From positions 76,865 through 140,864 of the IMG/VR virus record IMGVR_UViG_3300037313_000284: DNA of 64,000 nt; one strand, given 5' to 3'. This DNA comes from a virus. The translations under genes and the position numbers were made by a program. Below, piece by piece: positions 27,572-36,262 of the stretch; position 1 is the stretch's first letter; each line of letters opens with the position of its first letter. A model generated the notes under the pieces. The model had not been told where the DNA came from and did no database searches. It worked only from the letters and a program-made list of their open reading frames with translations.

Positions 27572-28290
27572 TTATTAACCCTTCGTTCCGCTCGCTTGAA
27601 GTACAGCTGGTCAAGTTCGATACCAATAAATTGCCTGCCAAGTCGAAGGCACGCGATTGCGGCTGCGCCGTAGCCCATGAACGGATCGAGGACTACCCAA
27701 CCCGGTTCTGTACTATTTTCGATGTAGTGGCGGAACAGCGACACTGGCTTTTCCGTGGGGTGGGTCTTTGCTTTGTTGCGTGGATTGTTCGCCTTGAAGC
27801 CTTGCGCACTGCCTGGGTTATTAATCGTGCGCGCCGGTGGCTTGTAGAAAAACAACGTGTACTCGCAGTCTTTCATGTACCAGCGATTGGCGTTCTTAGT
27901 ATTCTTGTCCCAGCGCAGTAAATTGTGGAATTTGAAACCAACCTGTTTGGCTATCGTCAGGTATTCCAACAGCAACAGATTATTAACCATGATGTAGGCT
28001 TCGCGACCAGGTTTCAGCACGCGGTATAGTTCAGCCATCCAGTCTTCGGTCTTGATTGCATTGTGCTTGAAAATCTTACCGTCGTTCTCTTTGAGAACCG
28101 AAACCTTCCAACCGGCCTTGTGCTTAGTGTTCTTGCCTCCGCTAATAACTTTATAGGGAGGATCGGTACAAACTAGATCGATGCTGTTGTCGGCCAGCGT
28201 GGCTAGTGTCGCCATGCAATCGCCGTGGATCAGCCTAATAGGTTCTTTCGATAACGTCGGCTTCGCTGTGAGCTTCACGGAGTTCTTCAA
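27550..28290 (-). CDS. beta-class DNA N6-adenine/N4-cytosine methyltransferase
   Basis: GDC, DPPY, HPTEKP, LDPFMGYG. Confidence 0.9.
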   Translation of the reverse strand: MKNSVKLTAKPTLSKEPIRLIHGDCMATLATLADNSIDLVCTDPPYKVISGGKNTKHKAGWKVSVLKENDGKIFKHNAIKTEDWMAELYRVLKPGREAYIMVNNLLLLEYLTIAKQVGFKFHNLLRWDKNTKNANRWYMKDCEYTLFFYKPPARTINNPGSAQGFKANNPRNKAKTHPTEKPVSLFRHYIENSTEPGWVVLDPFMGYGAAAIACLRLGRQFIGIELDQLYFKRAERRVNKWMSKHL

Positions 28291-28501
28291 GACGGTTCCA
28301 TTCGCGAGTTAGCTTAACCATTTTCTTTTGCAGACTGCGGTAACGTTTAGATACCTTAGGATCGGTCGCCAATCCTGCTACGATTAATAACTGCTTGCTC
28401 GCATCCCGCATGTAGTTGCCTGCGGTACGAAAGGTCGCTAGGAAACGATCAGCCTCGTGAATTGAAGCTTCGCTATGCCCCATGTTGCAGATGATGCACA
28501 C
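28235..28501 (-). CDS. hypothetical protein
   Basis: ORF track; MCIIC start. Confidence 0.55.
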   Translation of the reverse strand: MCIICNMGHSEASIHEADRFLATFRTAGNYMRDASKQLLIVAGLATDPKVSKRYRSLQKKMVKLTREWNRLEELREAHSEADVIERTY

Positions 28502-28736
28502 GTTTATTATCCCTTATTTCTTTGCGTCTAGCGTTGTACTTGGATCGCTTATCAGGATCATCGTACATAGCGCGTTTACGTTGTCGATCATATTTATTAA
28601 TAAGCGGATTACCTTGACGCGCCAGCTTGAGGCAGGTTTTGCAATTACCTTTACGCTTAGTAGCGCGCCTAGGGTCCGCGAAGAATTCAGTTTCAGGTTT
28701 TGTCTCACCGCACGTACCACAACACAATGTGCGCAT
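28473..28736 (-). CDS. Zn-finger protein like the N-terminus of endonuclease VII/HNH proteins
   Basis: CGTCGETKP..EF...CKTC. Confidence 0.6.
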   Translation of the reverse strand: MRTLCCGTCGETKPETEFFADPRRATKRKGNCKTCLKLARQGNPLINKYDRQRKRAMYDDPDKRSKYNARRKEIRDNKRVHHLQHGA

Positions 28737-28762
28737 TTAATAATTCCGGAATTTAGACAAAG

Positions 28763-28800
28763 AAAAACCCCCGGAGAGCCGTGAAGCTCCACCGGGGGTT
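28763..28800 (-). terminator. intrinsic terminator
   Basis: AACCCCCGG/CCGGGGGTT stem plus U-tract. Confidence 0.8.
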
Positions 28801-28861
28801 CGTTGGCAGCGTTGAACGGGGTTTTACTAACGCCCGTTACCCGTTCACGTCTTAGGCCGTC

Positions 28862-29572
28862 TTACTTCTTGCCCTTTTTGGCAGGAGCCTTAGCCGCCTT
28901 AGTAACCTTGGCGGGCTTGGCGCTCTTGGCTTCAGCCGTCTTCTTACCAGCCTTAACCGGGGCGGCCTTAGCGGCGGCCTTGGTAGGCTTCGGCGCAGGC
29001 TTCGCAGCCTTCACCGGAGCGGCGGTCTTCTTAGCGGCCTTAGCGGGCGCAGGAGCGGGCTTTGCCGCCTTAGTGGGAGCCTTGGTAGCCTTAGCAGGCT
29101 TCGGGGCTTCCTTGGCCTTCTTTTCAGTCTTAGCCGGAACCTTAGCCGGGGCAGCGGCCTTAGTAACCTTGGCAGCCTTAGGAGCCGTAGCCGCCGCTTG
29201 TTCACCAACTTGCAGCAGATTGGCGCGCTTGGCCTTCACGGTAGCCGAGAACTTGCCCTTACCACGTTCGGTAATAACCAGAGACTTGTTGCCTTGCAGC
29301 TTCGTAAGCAGGGCCGCGTAGTCAACGCCAAATTCCTTGGCAACCTTAGCAGTAACCAGACCACCCGTTTCCGCGACGACCTTAGCAGCTGCGTTCAGCT
29401 TCGGCGGCAGGGATTCCACCGGCGTAGTATTTTCACGTTGCAGCGCGTGCGACTTGCCGAACGTCAGCGCCACGGAGCCCGGCGGGACCTTGGCGGGAGC
29501 TTCCTTGCCGATGACGACCGCTTGATGCGAGCCGAGCGCGGCGAGGGTTTGTTTCAGAGCCTTGTTGGACAT
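28862..29572 (-). CDS. histone H1-like protein (globular N-domain plus Lys/Ala/Pro tail)
   Basis: KAAKPAPK repeats; CAGGA RBS. Confidence 0.8.
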   Translation of the reverse strand: MSNKALKQTLAALGSHQAVVIGKEAPAKVPPGSVALTFGKSHALQRENTTPVESLPPKLNAAAKVVAETGGLVTAKVAKEFGVDYAALLTKLQGNKSLVITERGKGKFSATVKAKRANLLQVGEQAAATAPKAAKVTKAAAPAKVPAKTEKKAKEAPKPAKATKAPTKAAKPAPAPAKAAKKTAAPVKAAKPAPKPTKAAAKAAPVKAGKKTAEAKSAKPAKVTKAAKAPAKKGKK

Positions 29573-29684
29573 TATGAGTTCCTGTTTGAGTTAGTTGACC
29601 GTGTGGAATTAACCTCTACTCCGAGCCCCCTGTCACGGTCAACAGGTAAACTAATAAAATCGGAAAAGGTTGCTGGGCGTTGTG

Positions 29685-30200
29685 TCAGTAGCCTTCGAGC
29701 CTTGGACTGCCTCGGCGGCCCTTGCTCTTGTAGGCCAAATTAGTTCTGGCGGAAGGCGGGATGATTGGCGGGGCTTTCCGCGCCGATCCCGGCTGAGTTG
29801 CTATGCGGGCGTGCTTAGCACAGTAGCGGGAGATCGTAATATTTTTGCTATTGCTACGATAGGGAATTTCTTGACCGCAGCACAGATTACTAGCGGCATT
29901 GAAAACCCGCCACGTGCCAACCGGAAAGCGACATTGATTAGGCTTGGCCTCGCTGTATAGGACTGCGCTCATCGTCGGCGGATGGCGCGCAACTTCTATA
30001 ATCTCTGCGCTTGGTGGTTCTAATGTTCCGCCGTTGACCAGAATGAAACTGCGTAAATCCATTCGCGTCTCACGATGCATAGTGTCGACATGTATTGCTG
30101 CCGCCTTCATCAAATCAACGATATTAAAATGGCCTTGCTCCATCCGTTCAGTAATAGCGGCTTTAGCAAAGGCAACTGCCAATGGTGTGTTCGTAATCAT
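29685..30200 (-). CDS. gcrA: GcrA-like protein (C-terminal Zn motif)
   Basis: QCRFPVG...LCCG...RYCAKHARIA matches the GcrA C-terminal CRWP.G..FCG..YC..H motif. Confidence 0.7.
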   Translation of the reverse strand: MITNTPLAVAFAKAAITERMEQGHFNIVDLMKAAAIHVDTMHRETRMDLRSFILVNGGTLEPPSAEIIEVARHPPTMSAVLYSEAKPNQCRFPVGTWRVFNAASNLCCGQEIPYRSNSKNITISRYCAKHARIATQPGSARKAPPIIPPSARTNLAYKSKGRRGSPRLEGY

Positions 30201-30286
30201 AAAGGCACGCCAGCTTTCTCGGGGTGCAGGAAATTCGTGCTCCCAAATTACGCTGGCGTGCCACAGTGTTTTAGGTCGGTGCGGCC

Positions 30287-30829
30287 TCAGTGAAAACCCA
30301 ATTCGCGGCAGAGCGCGCCGACATATTCGTAGGCCTTTTCAATTGGACCTTCCGTCTCGACGTTACGGCGCACGTACTCAATAGCTTGCGCTCGACGTTT
30401 ACTAAATGACAAATGCTTTACCGAGTCGAGACGTTTGGTCAGGATCGCAGTCACGTGCTCACGGTGAGAAATGAATTGCACGCTGGGGTCAGGTGGACGA
30501 TTCTCCACCAATGCGGGTTTATTGTTTTTACCGTTAATAAGCGGCAGATCGATTTCAGGATGCGCTACAGTTAGATCGTGATCCTCGATATACCCATGAC
30601 CATAGCGCATGGACTCGCTGTAGCCTTCCACGCGGTCAACGTGAAGGCCGACAACGAAAGCTGCGCTAACAGGTTCCACCGCCCACGAACCGCCGCGTCC
30701 GCTCTCACGAACCTGTTGCCGTTGTGCCTCGCGTACACCTGCAAGCATTCCCTTATGTGACAGCTTCTCTCCGAAGATAATAGGAACTTTTTCGCCGTCC
30801 ACTTCGACGATGATGTATTTCATTCGCAT
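30287..30829 (-). CDS. hypothetical protein
   Basis: AGGAG RBS before MRMKYII. Confidence 0.7.
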   Translation of the reverse strand: MRMKYIIVEVDGEKVPIIFGEKLSHKGMLAGVREAQRQQVRESGRGGSWAVEPVSAAFVVGLHVDRVEGYSESMRYGHGYIEDHDLTVAHPEIDLPLINGKNNKPALVENRPPDPSVQFISHREHVTAILTKRLDSVKHLSFSKRRAQAIEYVRRNVETEGPIEKAYEYVGALCRELGFH

Positions 30830-30896
30830 ATTATTCTCCTGTCCAGAATGAAAGAAAAGGCCGGGGTTGATCCCGGCCTTTATGTGTTGCGTAACC

Positions 30897-31268
30897 CTAG
30901 GCGTTGGATTCAGGCTTCGGTACTCGCTTTCGATAGTGCGTGACTCTAGCGCCGGGAACATCGCGTCTATTAATAACACCTCCCCACACTTCGTGGGCAG
31001 GATACCAACTGCCGTCGCCACCGGGCATGTATTCTGTACGAAATTGAACTTCTTCCTTACCGTCCACTTCGGGTGGCATATCGTAACCACTAACTTCAGT
31101 CCAAGCCGCGACCAAATCGATTTCCTTGGGCGCGTCAGCCATAACTTCTATCTTACGCCGCAGATATTCCGGAGCGTAAGCGATAGCGGCTTCCAAAGCG
31201 CCTCGTGCTTCACCCTCACTGTCGGTGTGAGTTGCGGCAACGGTGACTTGGAATGTATAGAACTTCAT
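30897..31268 (-). CDS. hypothetical early protein
   Basis: GGGAGAG RBS before MKFYTF. Confidence 0.7.
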   Translation of the reverse strand: MKFYTFQVTVAATHTDSEGEARGALEAAIAYAPEYLRRKIEVMADAPKEIDLVAAWTEVSGYDMPPEVDGKEEVQFRTEYMPGGDGSWYPAHEVWGGVINRRDVPGARVTHYRKRVPKPESNA

Positions 31269-31320
31269 TATTAACTCTCCCTTGTTTGCAGGCTTTCCTG
31301 TCCGAGTTGGCCTTAGGCGC

Positions 31321-31349
31321 ATCATAGCACAGCTATAAGCGAATCGCAA
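31321..31349 (-). promoter_or_regulatory. sigma70-type early promoter
   Basis: TTGCGA-N17-TATGAT with GC before the -10. Confidence 0.65.
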
Positions 31350-31352
31350 AAC

Positions 31353-31382
31353 AAAACCCCCGGTGGAATTCCACCGGGGGTT
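31353..31382 (-). terminator. intrinsic terminator
   Basis: AACCCCCGGTGG/CCACCGGGGGTT. Confidence 0.85.
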
Positions 31383-31410
31383 ATTTACGTGACTACGCTA
31401 GTCGGTCGTC

Positions 31411-32154
31411 TTACGCGTAAGCGCGCCTGCGGCGCATCAGCGCGCCCGCCGAGCCGAAGCCCATAATCATCAGCGCCCACGACGCGGGTTCAGGAACCAC
31501 AGACGCCGGGGGCGGCGGCACTTCGTTCGAGGGCGTGTAAAGCGTCAGCGTCGAAGTGTAGTCGAACGGCGTCTTATAATCGGTATCGACTTGCAGTCCG
31601 TCGAATAGCAGCGTCCCGTTAATCGCAGTAGCAATCACACCGTACTCGCCTGCCGTAGGCGCGCGGTATGAAATTTGCGTCCAAGGCGTCGCCGCGCTGT
31701 AACCCGTTGGGGCGTTGTAGCGCGTCGTAACGCCGCCGTCCGTGATCCACAGCGAGTTATCCTGCATGAGGAATTCAAACACCGGCTTCTGTTCGTTGAC
31801 CTTGTAGAAGCGCACCGACAGTTCCAAGAGGCTGCCGACTTCCGGGTTAACACCCGCCGCGTAGGCGGTAAGTACGTCACCCTCGTTCAGGGTCGCGAAC
31901 GGGAAGTAGAGAATCTTCGATTCGTACGAGGGCGTTCCGCTAATAACCGCCATCTTCGTACCTTCGTATGCCGTGACCGTCGTATCCCCCGACGTGAAAC
32001 TGGCGGCGACGGTTGCAGGATTGATCTGCTCGTAAGGATTCATCCAGTTAGTAAAACTACCGTCTTCGAAACCTCCGTTGACGAGAACAGCCGAATTTGC
32101 GACGCCAGCGAAAGTGATAGAGGCGAGGGCGGCTAGGATAAGCGTACGTTGCAT
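31411..32154 (-). CDS. PEPxxWA-CTERM surface protein
   Basis: Signal peptide, NGGFE, C-terminal VPEPASWALMIMGFGSAGALMRRRR. Confidence 0.9.
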   Translation of the reverse strand: MQRTLILAALASITFAGVANSAVLVNGGFEDGSFTNWMNPYEQINPATVAASFTSGDTTVTAYEGTKMAVISGTPSYESKILYFPFATLNEGDVLTAYAAGVNPEVGSLLELSVRFYKVNEQKPVFEFLMQDNSLWITDGGVTTRYNAPTGYSAATPWTQISYRAPTAGEYGVIATAINGTLLFDGLQVDTDYKTPFDYTSTLTLYTPSNEVPPPPASVVPEPASWALMIMGFGSAGALMRRRRAYA

Positions 32155-32205
32155 TGGAAAGGCTCCCGATGGGGTTGTGTGGTCGCCCGCAGAGGGCGCG
32201 CCCCT

Positions 32206-32235
32206 ACTATAGCACGACTATATCGTAGGTTGCAA
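32206..32235 (-). promoter_or_regulatory. sigma70-type early promoter
   Basis: TTGCAA-N18-TATAGT. Confidence 0.6.
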
Positions 32236-32239
32236 GCGT

Positions 32240-32280
32240 AAAAACGCCCCGGTTTCCTAAAAAGGAAACCGGGGCGTTTT
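32240..32280 (-). terminator. intrinsic terminator closing the Ubl operon
   Basis: AAAACGCCCCGGTTTCCT/AGGAAACCGGGGCGTTTT. Confidence 0.9.
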
Positions 32281-32309
32281 GCGTTAGCTCTTAGCTTTAT
32301 AGGCTACTG

Positions 32310-32759
32310 CTAGCCGCCGCGCCCTTGCGCAACGGTCGTAATCGTCATGTCAGCCGTCAGCTTGCGCGATTCCCCAACCACGCTGTTGTTAGCGTCCCGA
32401 AGCATGAGACTTCCGGTAATGCCCGCTGCCTTCATGGCCTGCTTAACCGTCGAACCGGAAGCCACTTCCGCAGTACCCGACTTCACACCAGCGAACTTGA
32501 CCGTGATGTTATTAGAAGCAACCGGAGCCGGATCGATAGTCGGAGTCGGCTGATCCGTGGTCGTGGCAGGGTCAGGTTGCGCCGTTTCGGTAGCAGCCTC
32601 GCTACTAACAGGTTCCGCTTCCGGCGCAGCAGTCGTTTCAGCGCTATCGTTGGTGGAAGCTTCCGACTGAGCTTCGTTAGTCGGCAGACCCGCGTCAGCG
32701 CTTGCGTCACCCGACACAGTGTTCTCGGTAGCTTCGGAATTAGTAGAATCGTTGTTCAT
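32310..32759 (-). CDS. ubiquitin-like (beta-grasp) protein with acidic disordered N-terminus and C-terminal GG
   Basis: ~80-aa acidic S/T/A/E/P arm, then ITVKF...EVASGSTVKQAM...L..DMTITTVAQGRGG-stop. Confidence 0.75.
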   Translation of the reverse strand: MNNDSTNSEATENTVSGDASADAGLPTNEAQSEASTNDSAETTAAPEAEPVSSEAATETAQPDPATTTDQPTPTIDPAPVASNNITVKFAGVKSGTAEVASGSTVKQAMKAAGITGSLMLRDANNSVVGESRKLTADMTITTVAQGRGG

Positions 32760-32816
32760 AGTCTGTCCTTTTCTAATAACCCACAGAGACGAACAGCCCG
32801 CCCCCGCTTACCAACG

Positions 32817-33503
32817 CTACCCGAACTTGCGGGAAAGCATCTTCCATTGCGGCTGAACTTGGGTAATAACCTCATTAGCCGTCAGATTGTTGTTCAAGGC
32901 TTGCATGCACAACCACAGCGTCATTTGACTGCCGATCTGTGCCGTCGCTCCAATTGAGAGGACGTTACCGCAGGTTCCCCGTTCCTCAGAAACCTCCGAG
33001 TCATCATACAGCGTTTCACGGTAGGAAGCAACTTGCTCCAAATCGCGAGGCGAAAACGCGTAGCTCATCGTTTGATAAGCATCGATACGGGTATCGAACG
33101 CCCATTGCACTTTCGGATTAATGAACAACCCGGCGTTAGTAATGAGCTTACGCACCGCCATGGTATCCACGCACATAAACACCACGTCGTATTTCAACTT
33201 CTCTCGTTCGTAACGCGACACAATCGAGTTAATGGTTGTGCCTGTAGCGTCGTGGATGCGGTAGGTAAGCGCTACTACCTTGGACGAACCAATGTCCTCC
33301 GGTCCGTAAACGTATTGGTTAGGCAGATTGTGCGCTTCCACCACGTCATCATCCATGACGGTGATATTAGTAAGTCCAAGTTTGGCAAGGCCGAGCGCAA
33401 TGCTCGACCCCACCGCACCTGCGCCAATGACAAGGAAGCTTAGATGCTCGAAGGTCTCCGGGTTGAAGACCGATTGGTGTCTAATAATTTCCATGTGGAT
33501 CAA
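32817..33503 (-). CDS. ThiF/E1-like ubiquitin-activating enzyme
   Basis: IGAGAVGS, DDDVVEAHNLPNQ, K, CVD, DTR; candidate catalytic Cys in ERGTCG. Confidence 0.9.
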   Translation of the reverse strand: MIHMEIIRHQSVFNPETFEHLSFLVIGAGAVGSSIALGLAKLGLTNITVMDDDVVEAHNLPNQYVYGPEDIGSSKVVALTYRIHDATGTTINSIVSRYEREKLKYDVVFMCVDTMAVRKLITNAGLFINPKVQWAFDTRIDAYQTMSYAFSPRDLEQVASYRETLYDDSEVSEERGTCGNVLSIGATAQIGSQMTLWLCMQALNNNLTANEVITQVQPQWKMLSRKFG

Positions 33504-34975
33504 TCCTCGTCCTCATCGTCGTCACTGTCATCGTCGCCATCGACAAGCGGGTCGTTAGTATGTGCGTTCATCGCCGTTAGGATTGTCTCTTCGACTTCGT
33601 GAAGAGAATTATTCCCGTCACTCCACTCGCCAGCAATAGCCTGCCATGATGAAACATACGTAGTAGAAGGTGCGGTTTTTCTATCAGGCAGGAGACCAAA
33701 TTTATGATCATATGATTCATCCACCATGCGGTAGTATTCCATTACCGCAAGGATCAACGAATAGTAGTCAAACGTTCGCAAGGCAGAACCAAACACCCTA
33801 CTGAAGGTGCCAACGCAATTGTTGTGCGGGTTTCGATAACCGGGAGTTGGGCTTGCGATGTTTCTGGCACGTACCGCACCGCTGATGTTAACTTGGATTT
33901 CGAACTTACCGCAGTAACGTTCTTCTCCTGTTCGCTGTCTGGTAGCCAACATCGTTTTGGTAATAACCGTGAACCCGAACTTCGTGGGTGTGAACGATTC
34001 CAATTCAGGGATCGTGCGAAGCTGATCAATGTTCGATTGGATGGCAGAGTTAGTATTGTCTTTCGCAGACTTCTCCAGCAATTGCAATCGGCCGATCTTA
34101 AGTTCCTCTTCGATCAAGGCCTTGTTGAGTTTTTCTAGGCGTGTTTCAGCCTTGGTTCTCTCGGCAACGATGTTTTTAGTAATAGCGCCGCGCCACCGTT
34201 CCACCAAAACTTCGTCTGTCACTGGCGTAAGAGGCTGAGCATTCAGCCAATCGACGTGTCCCATAAAGGTCGTAAAGACGAAGTTTCCGACCGTGACGTA
34301 ACCGTGTCGAGAAATAGTAAACTCGTTAGTTTGTATTTTGGGAATCTTGAACGGCTTCGTAGGTGTCGAGTCCGCCGGTGTCAGTTCCGTGAACGCCCCG
34401 TTTAACTTGGGGGCCTTCTCGACGTTGAAATGAATCCCCTCAATCAACACACCGTGCACGTAGACAATCGTCCTGGCGGTTCCTCGGCCAATAACCTCAT
34501 TTGAATTAGCAGAGAACCATGCTTTGGCGCTACCCTCGTCGGCAAGAGCGTCAATGGTGATCAGGTTATTCTGCATGCATCCGAAGATTTTTCGCTGGAC
34601 CTTACCACTATCGCTAGACGCCGGTCTTGTATAATGACGATCCTGCGAACAAGCTTGTTGCAGCGTATGATAATCGTACTCACGCCGATCTGTCATTAGC
34701 GACAATTTCCTGACAGACTTATATCTCTCGTTTCGCTTACTAATTGCTTCATTAGCTGCCGCAACGAACGGGTCATCCGACACGCGAACGCTAGCATGTC
34801 GCCTATCCAAAACGGTCGTAGCGAATTGGAGATTACCTTCCAACTCACTAATAATTCGGTCCAGGCTTCCGGCGGTACCACCTTTCACGGGCTTACCCTC
34901 GACTCCCCGGATTTTCATCATCAGGAGGAAGTTATCACGGTTGGACGGAAGCACGTCGCTAAGACGGATTTTCAT
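33500..34975 (-). CDS. coiled-coil protein with C-terminal prokaryotic E2-like domain
   Basis: GKFEIQVN...VRARN...RNPHNNCVG followed by two helices resembles the HPH..C.G E2 signature; acidic tail. Confidence 0.6.
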   Translation of the reverse strand: MKIRLSDVLPSNRDNFLLMMKIRGVEGKPVKGGTAGSLDRIISELEGNLQFATTVLDRRHASVRVSDDPFVAAANEAISKRNERYKSVRKLSLMTDRREYDYHTLQQACSQDRHYTRPASSDSGKVQRKIFGCMQNNLITIDALADEGSAKAWFSANSNEVIGRGTARTIVYVHGVLIEGIHFNVEKAPKLNGAFTELTPADSTPTKPFKIPKIQTNEFTISRHGYVTVGNFVFTTFMGHVDWLNAQPLTPVTDEVLVERWRGAITKNIVAERTKAETRLEKLNKALIEEELKIGRLQLLEKSAKDNTNSAIQSNIDQLRTIPELESFTPTKFGFTVITKTMLATRQRTGEERYCGKFEIQVNISGAVRARNIASPTPGYRNPHNNCVGTFSRVFGSALRTFDYYSLILAVMEYYRMVDESYDHKFGLLPDRKTAPSTTYVSSWQAIAGEWSDGNNSLHEVEETILTAMNAHTNDPLVDGDDDSDDDEDED

Positions 34976-35005
34976 CTTATTAACTCTCCATTGTATTGTG
35001 GCTGA

Positions 35006-35034
35006 AGCATAGCACGATGTATGAATCGCTGCAA
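35006..35034 (-). promoter_or_regulatory. sigma70-type promoter of the E2-E1-Ubl operon
   Basis: TTGCAG-N17-TATGCT with GC before the -10. Confidence 0.65.
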
Positions 35035-35041
35035 ATCAGCC

Positions 35042-35079
35042 AAAAAGAAACCCGCCACATCGAAACGTAGCGGGTTCTT
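35042..35079 (-). terminator. intrinsic terminator
   Basis: AACCCGC/GCGGGTT stem plus U-tract. Confidence 0.75.
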
Positions 35080-35081
35080 GG

Positions 35082-35372
35082 TCAGCGGGTGAAGCGCTCG
35101 AAACGCTTAGCGAGGAACAGCAGGACGTCTGAGTACGTGTACCACTCTTTGGCGGCCCGACTAGGCAAACCTTTCTGCGTCATGTTGAATTCCTCACGTA
35201 GCATAATTATTAAATGCCCGCGAGCGTTTTTCGTTAAGTTCGCCATCGGGCAATCGTATGGAATTGGGCTGTCCTCGTCCAACTCCATAAGAAAGCTCAC
35301 TACACCACGTAGGCGAGGTTCGATTCGCTTAATAACGGCAAGACGTACTGCTACGCGGGTTGCCCAGCGCAT
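35082..35372 (-). CDS. degenerate acyl-carrier-protein-like protein
   Basis: IEPRL..VV...LIIMLREEFN..LP...A....T..DVL.FL aligns to the ACP pattern; DSL serine absent. Confidence 0.45.
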   Translation of the reverse strand: MRWATRVAVRLAVIKRIEPRLRGVVSFLMELDEDSPIPYDCPMANLTKNARGHLIIMLREEFNMTQKGLPSRAAKEWYTYSDVLLFLAKRFERFTR

Positions 35373-35752
35373 GGTGCCACTTTCTTAGTTAGTAGCAAAT
35401 CGCTTTCACCGAACGGAGCATAGAACACTTCGTATTCCGTGCAATCGCCGTAGCCTTTGCGCACATGAATAATCATCACGTCACACAACCAACTCCACTT
35501 GCCGGTGAATAACCGCACAGGATGCCAAGCGAAATACGGCTCTGCATACATGAAGCGATACGGCGGCTGCATGAATTCCGCATTCGTGTAACGGCGCATA
35601 GCGTAATACGTTTGAACCGCTTCGCTGTGGGTTAGGTCGTTTACTAACACTACATCGCCTGCTGTAGTGAAGACACGACTTTTGAGCACGTAATCGATTT
35701 CGCCGTCGTCCATACGTATGACGCAATGATCTCTATTAACAGGCTTTGACAT
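35351..35752 (-). CDS. hypothetical protein
   Basis: Operon packing. Confidence 0.65.
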   Translation of the reverse strand: MSKPVNRDHCVIRMDDGEIDYVLKSRVFTTAGDVVLVNDLTHSEAVQTYYAMRRYTNAEFMQPPYRFMYAEPYFAWHPVRLFTGKWSWLCDVMIIHVRKGYGDCTEYEVFYAPFGESDLLLTKKVAPCAGQPA

Positions 35753-35753
35753 G

Positions 35754-36119
35754 CTACTTCCTCTTCCTGCGTTCGATCAGGTCGTCGATTCGCCTACCTT
35801 GTTGAGCAAGGTTGCTACTGAACCAACCTTCCGCTTCAATGAAAATATTAAACAAACCAGCGAAGTGATCATGGTACATTTTGACCGTAGCCAATTCGCG
35901 GTCAGACACCGCTAGACCACGCTGATAAGTGTTCCACGCTTCCTTAATAACCTCGTAGTTAGGCGTGATCGATTTCACGTGATCCGCAGCGCTCAGGCGT
36001 TCGACAGCCTGCGAAACAAGCGAATCCATCTTTGCACACCATTCAGGCGTACCTACCGGCATTTCAGCCGTTCCGTCTTTAACGGCGCGTAGTTCGTTGA
36101 TAAGAGTCGTATTCGACAT
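35754..36119 (-). CDS. hypothetical protein
   Basis: GGGGA RBS. Confidence 0.7.
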   Translation of the reverse strand: MSNTTLINELRAVKDGTAEMPVGTPEWCAKMDSLVSQAVERLSAADHVKSITPNYEVIKEAWNTYQRGLAVSDRELATVKMYHDHFAGLFNIFIEAEGWFSSNLAQQGRRIDDLIERRKRK

Positions 36120-36262
36120 GTTACTAATCCCCTAGCGAAGCAGCGGAACAGGGCGCGCCGCTTGTGAGTTGAAAAAGGCCGTGGTGCGTTTCAAGGGAGT
36201 GTCGTTTCCCAAGTATCGCAACCACGCGAGGTAGAGTTCGGGATTTTTGGCTTTTATTAACA

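Noticed and set aside
32817-33503. ThiF as a thiamine or molybdopterin biosynthesis gene
   Set aside because: No thiG, moaE or sulfurtransferase in the window; the partner Ubl has a long acidic arm and a co-transcribed E2-like gene. Disfavoured rather than excluded.
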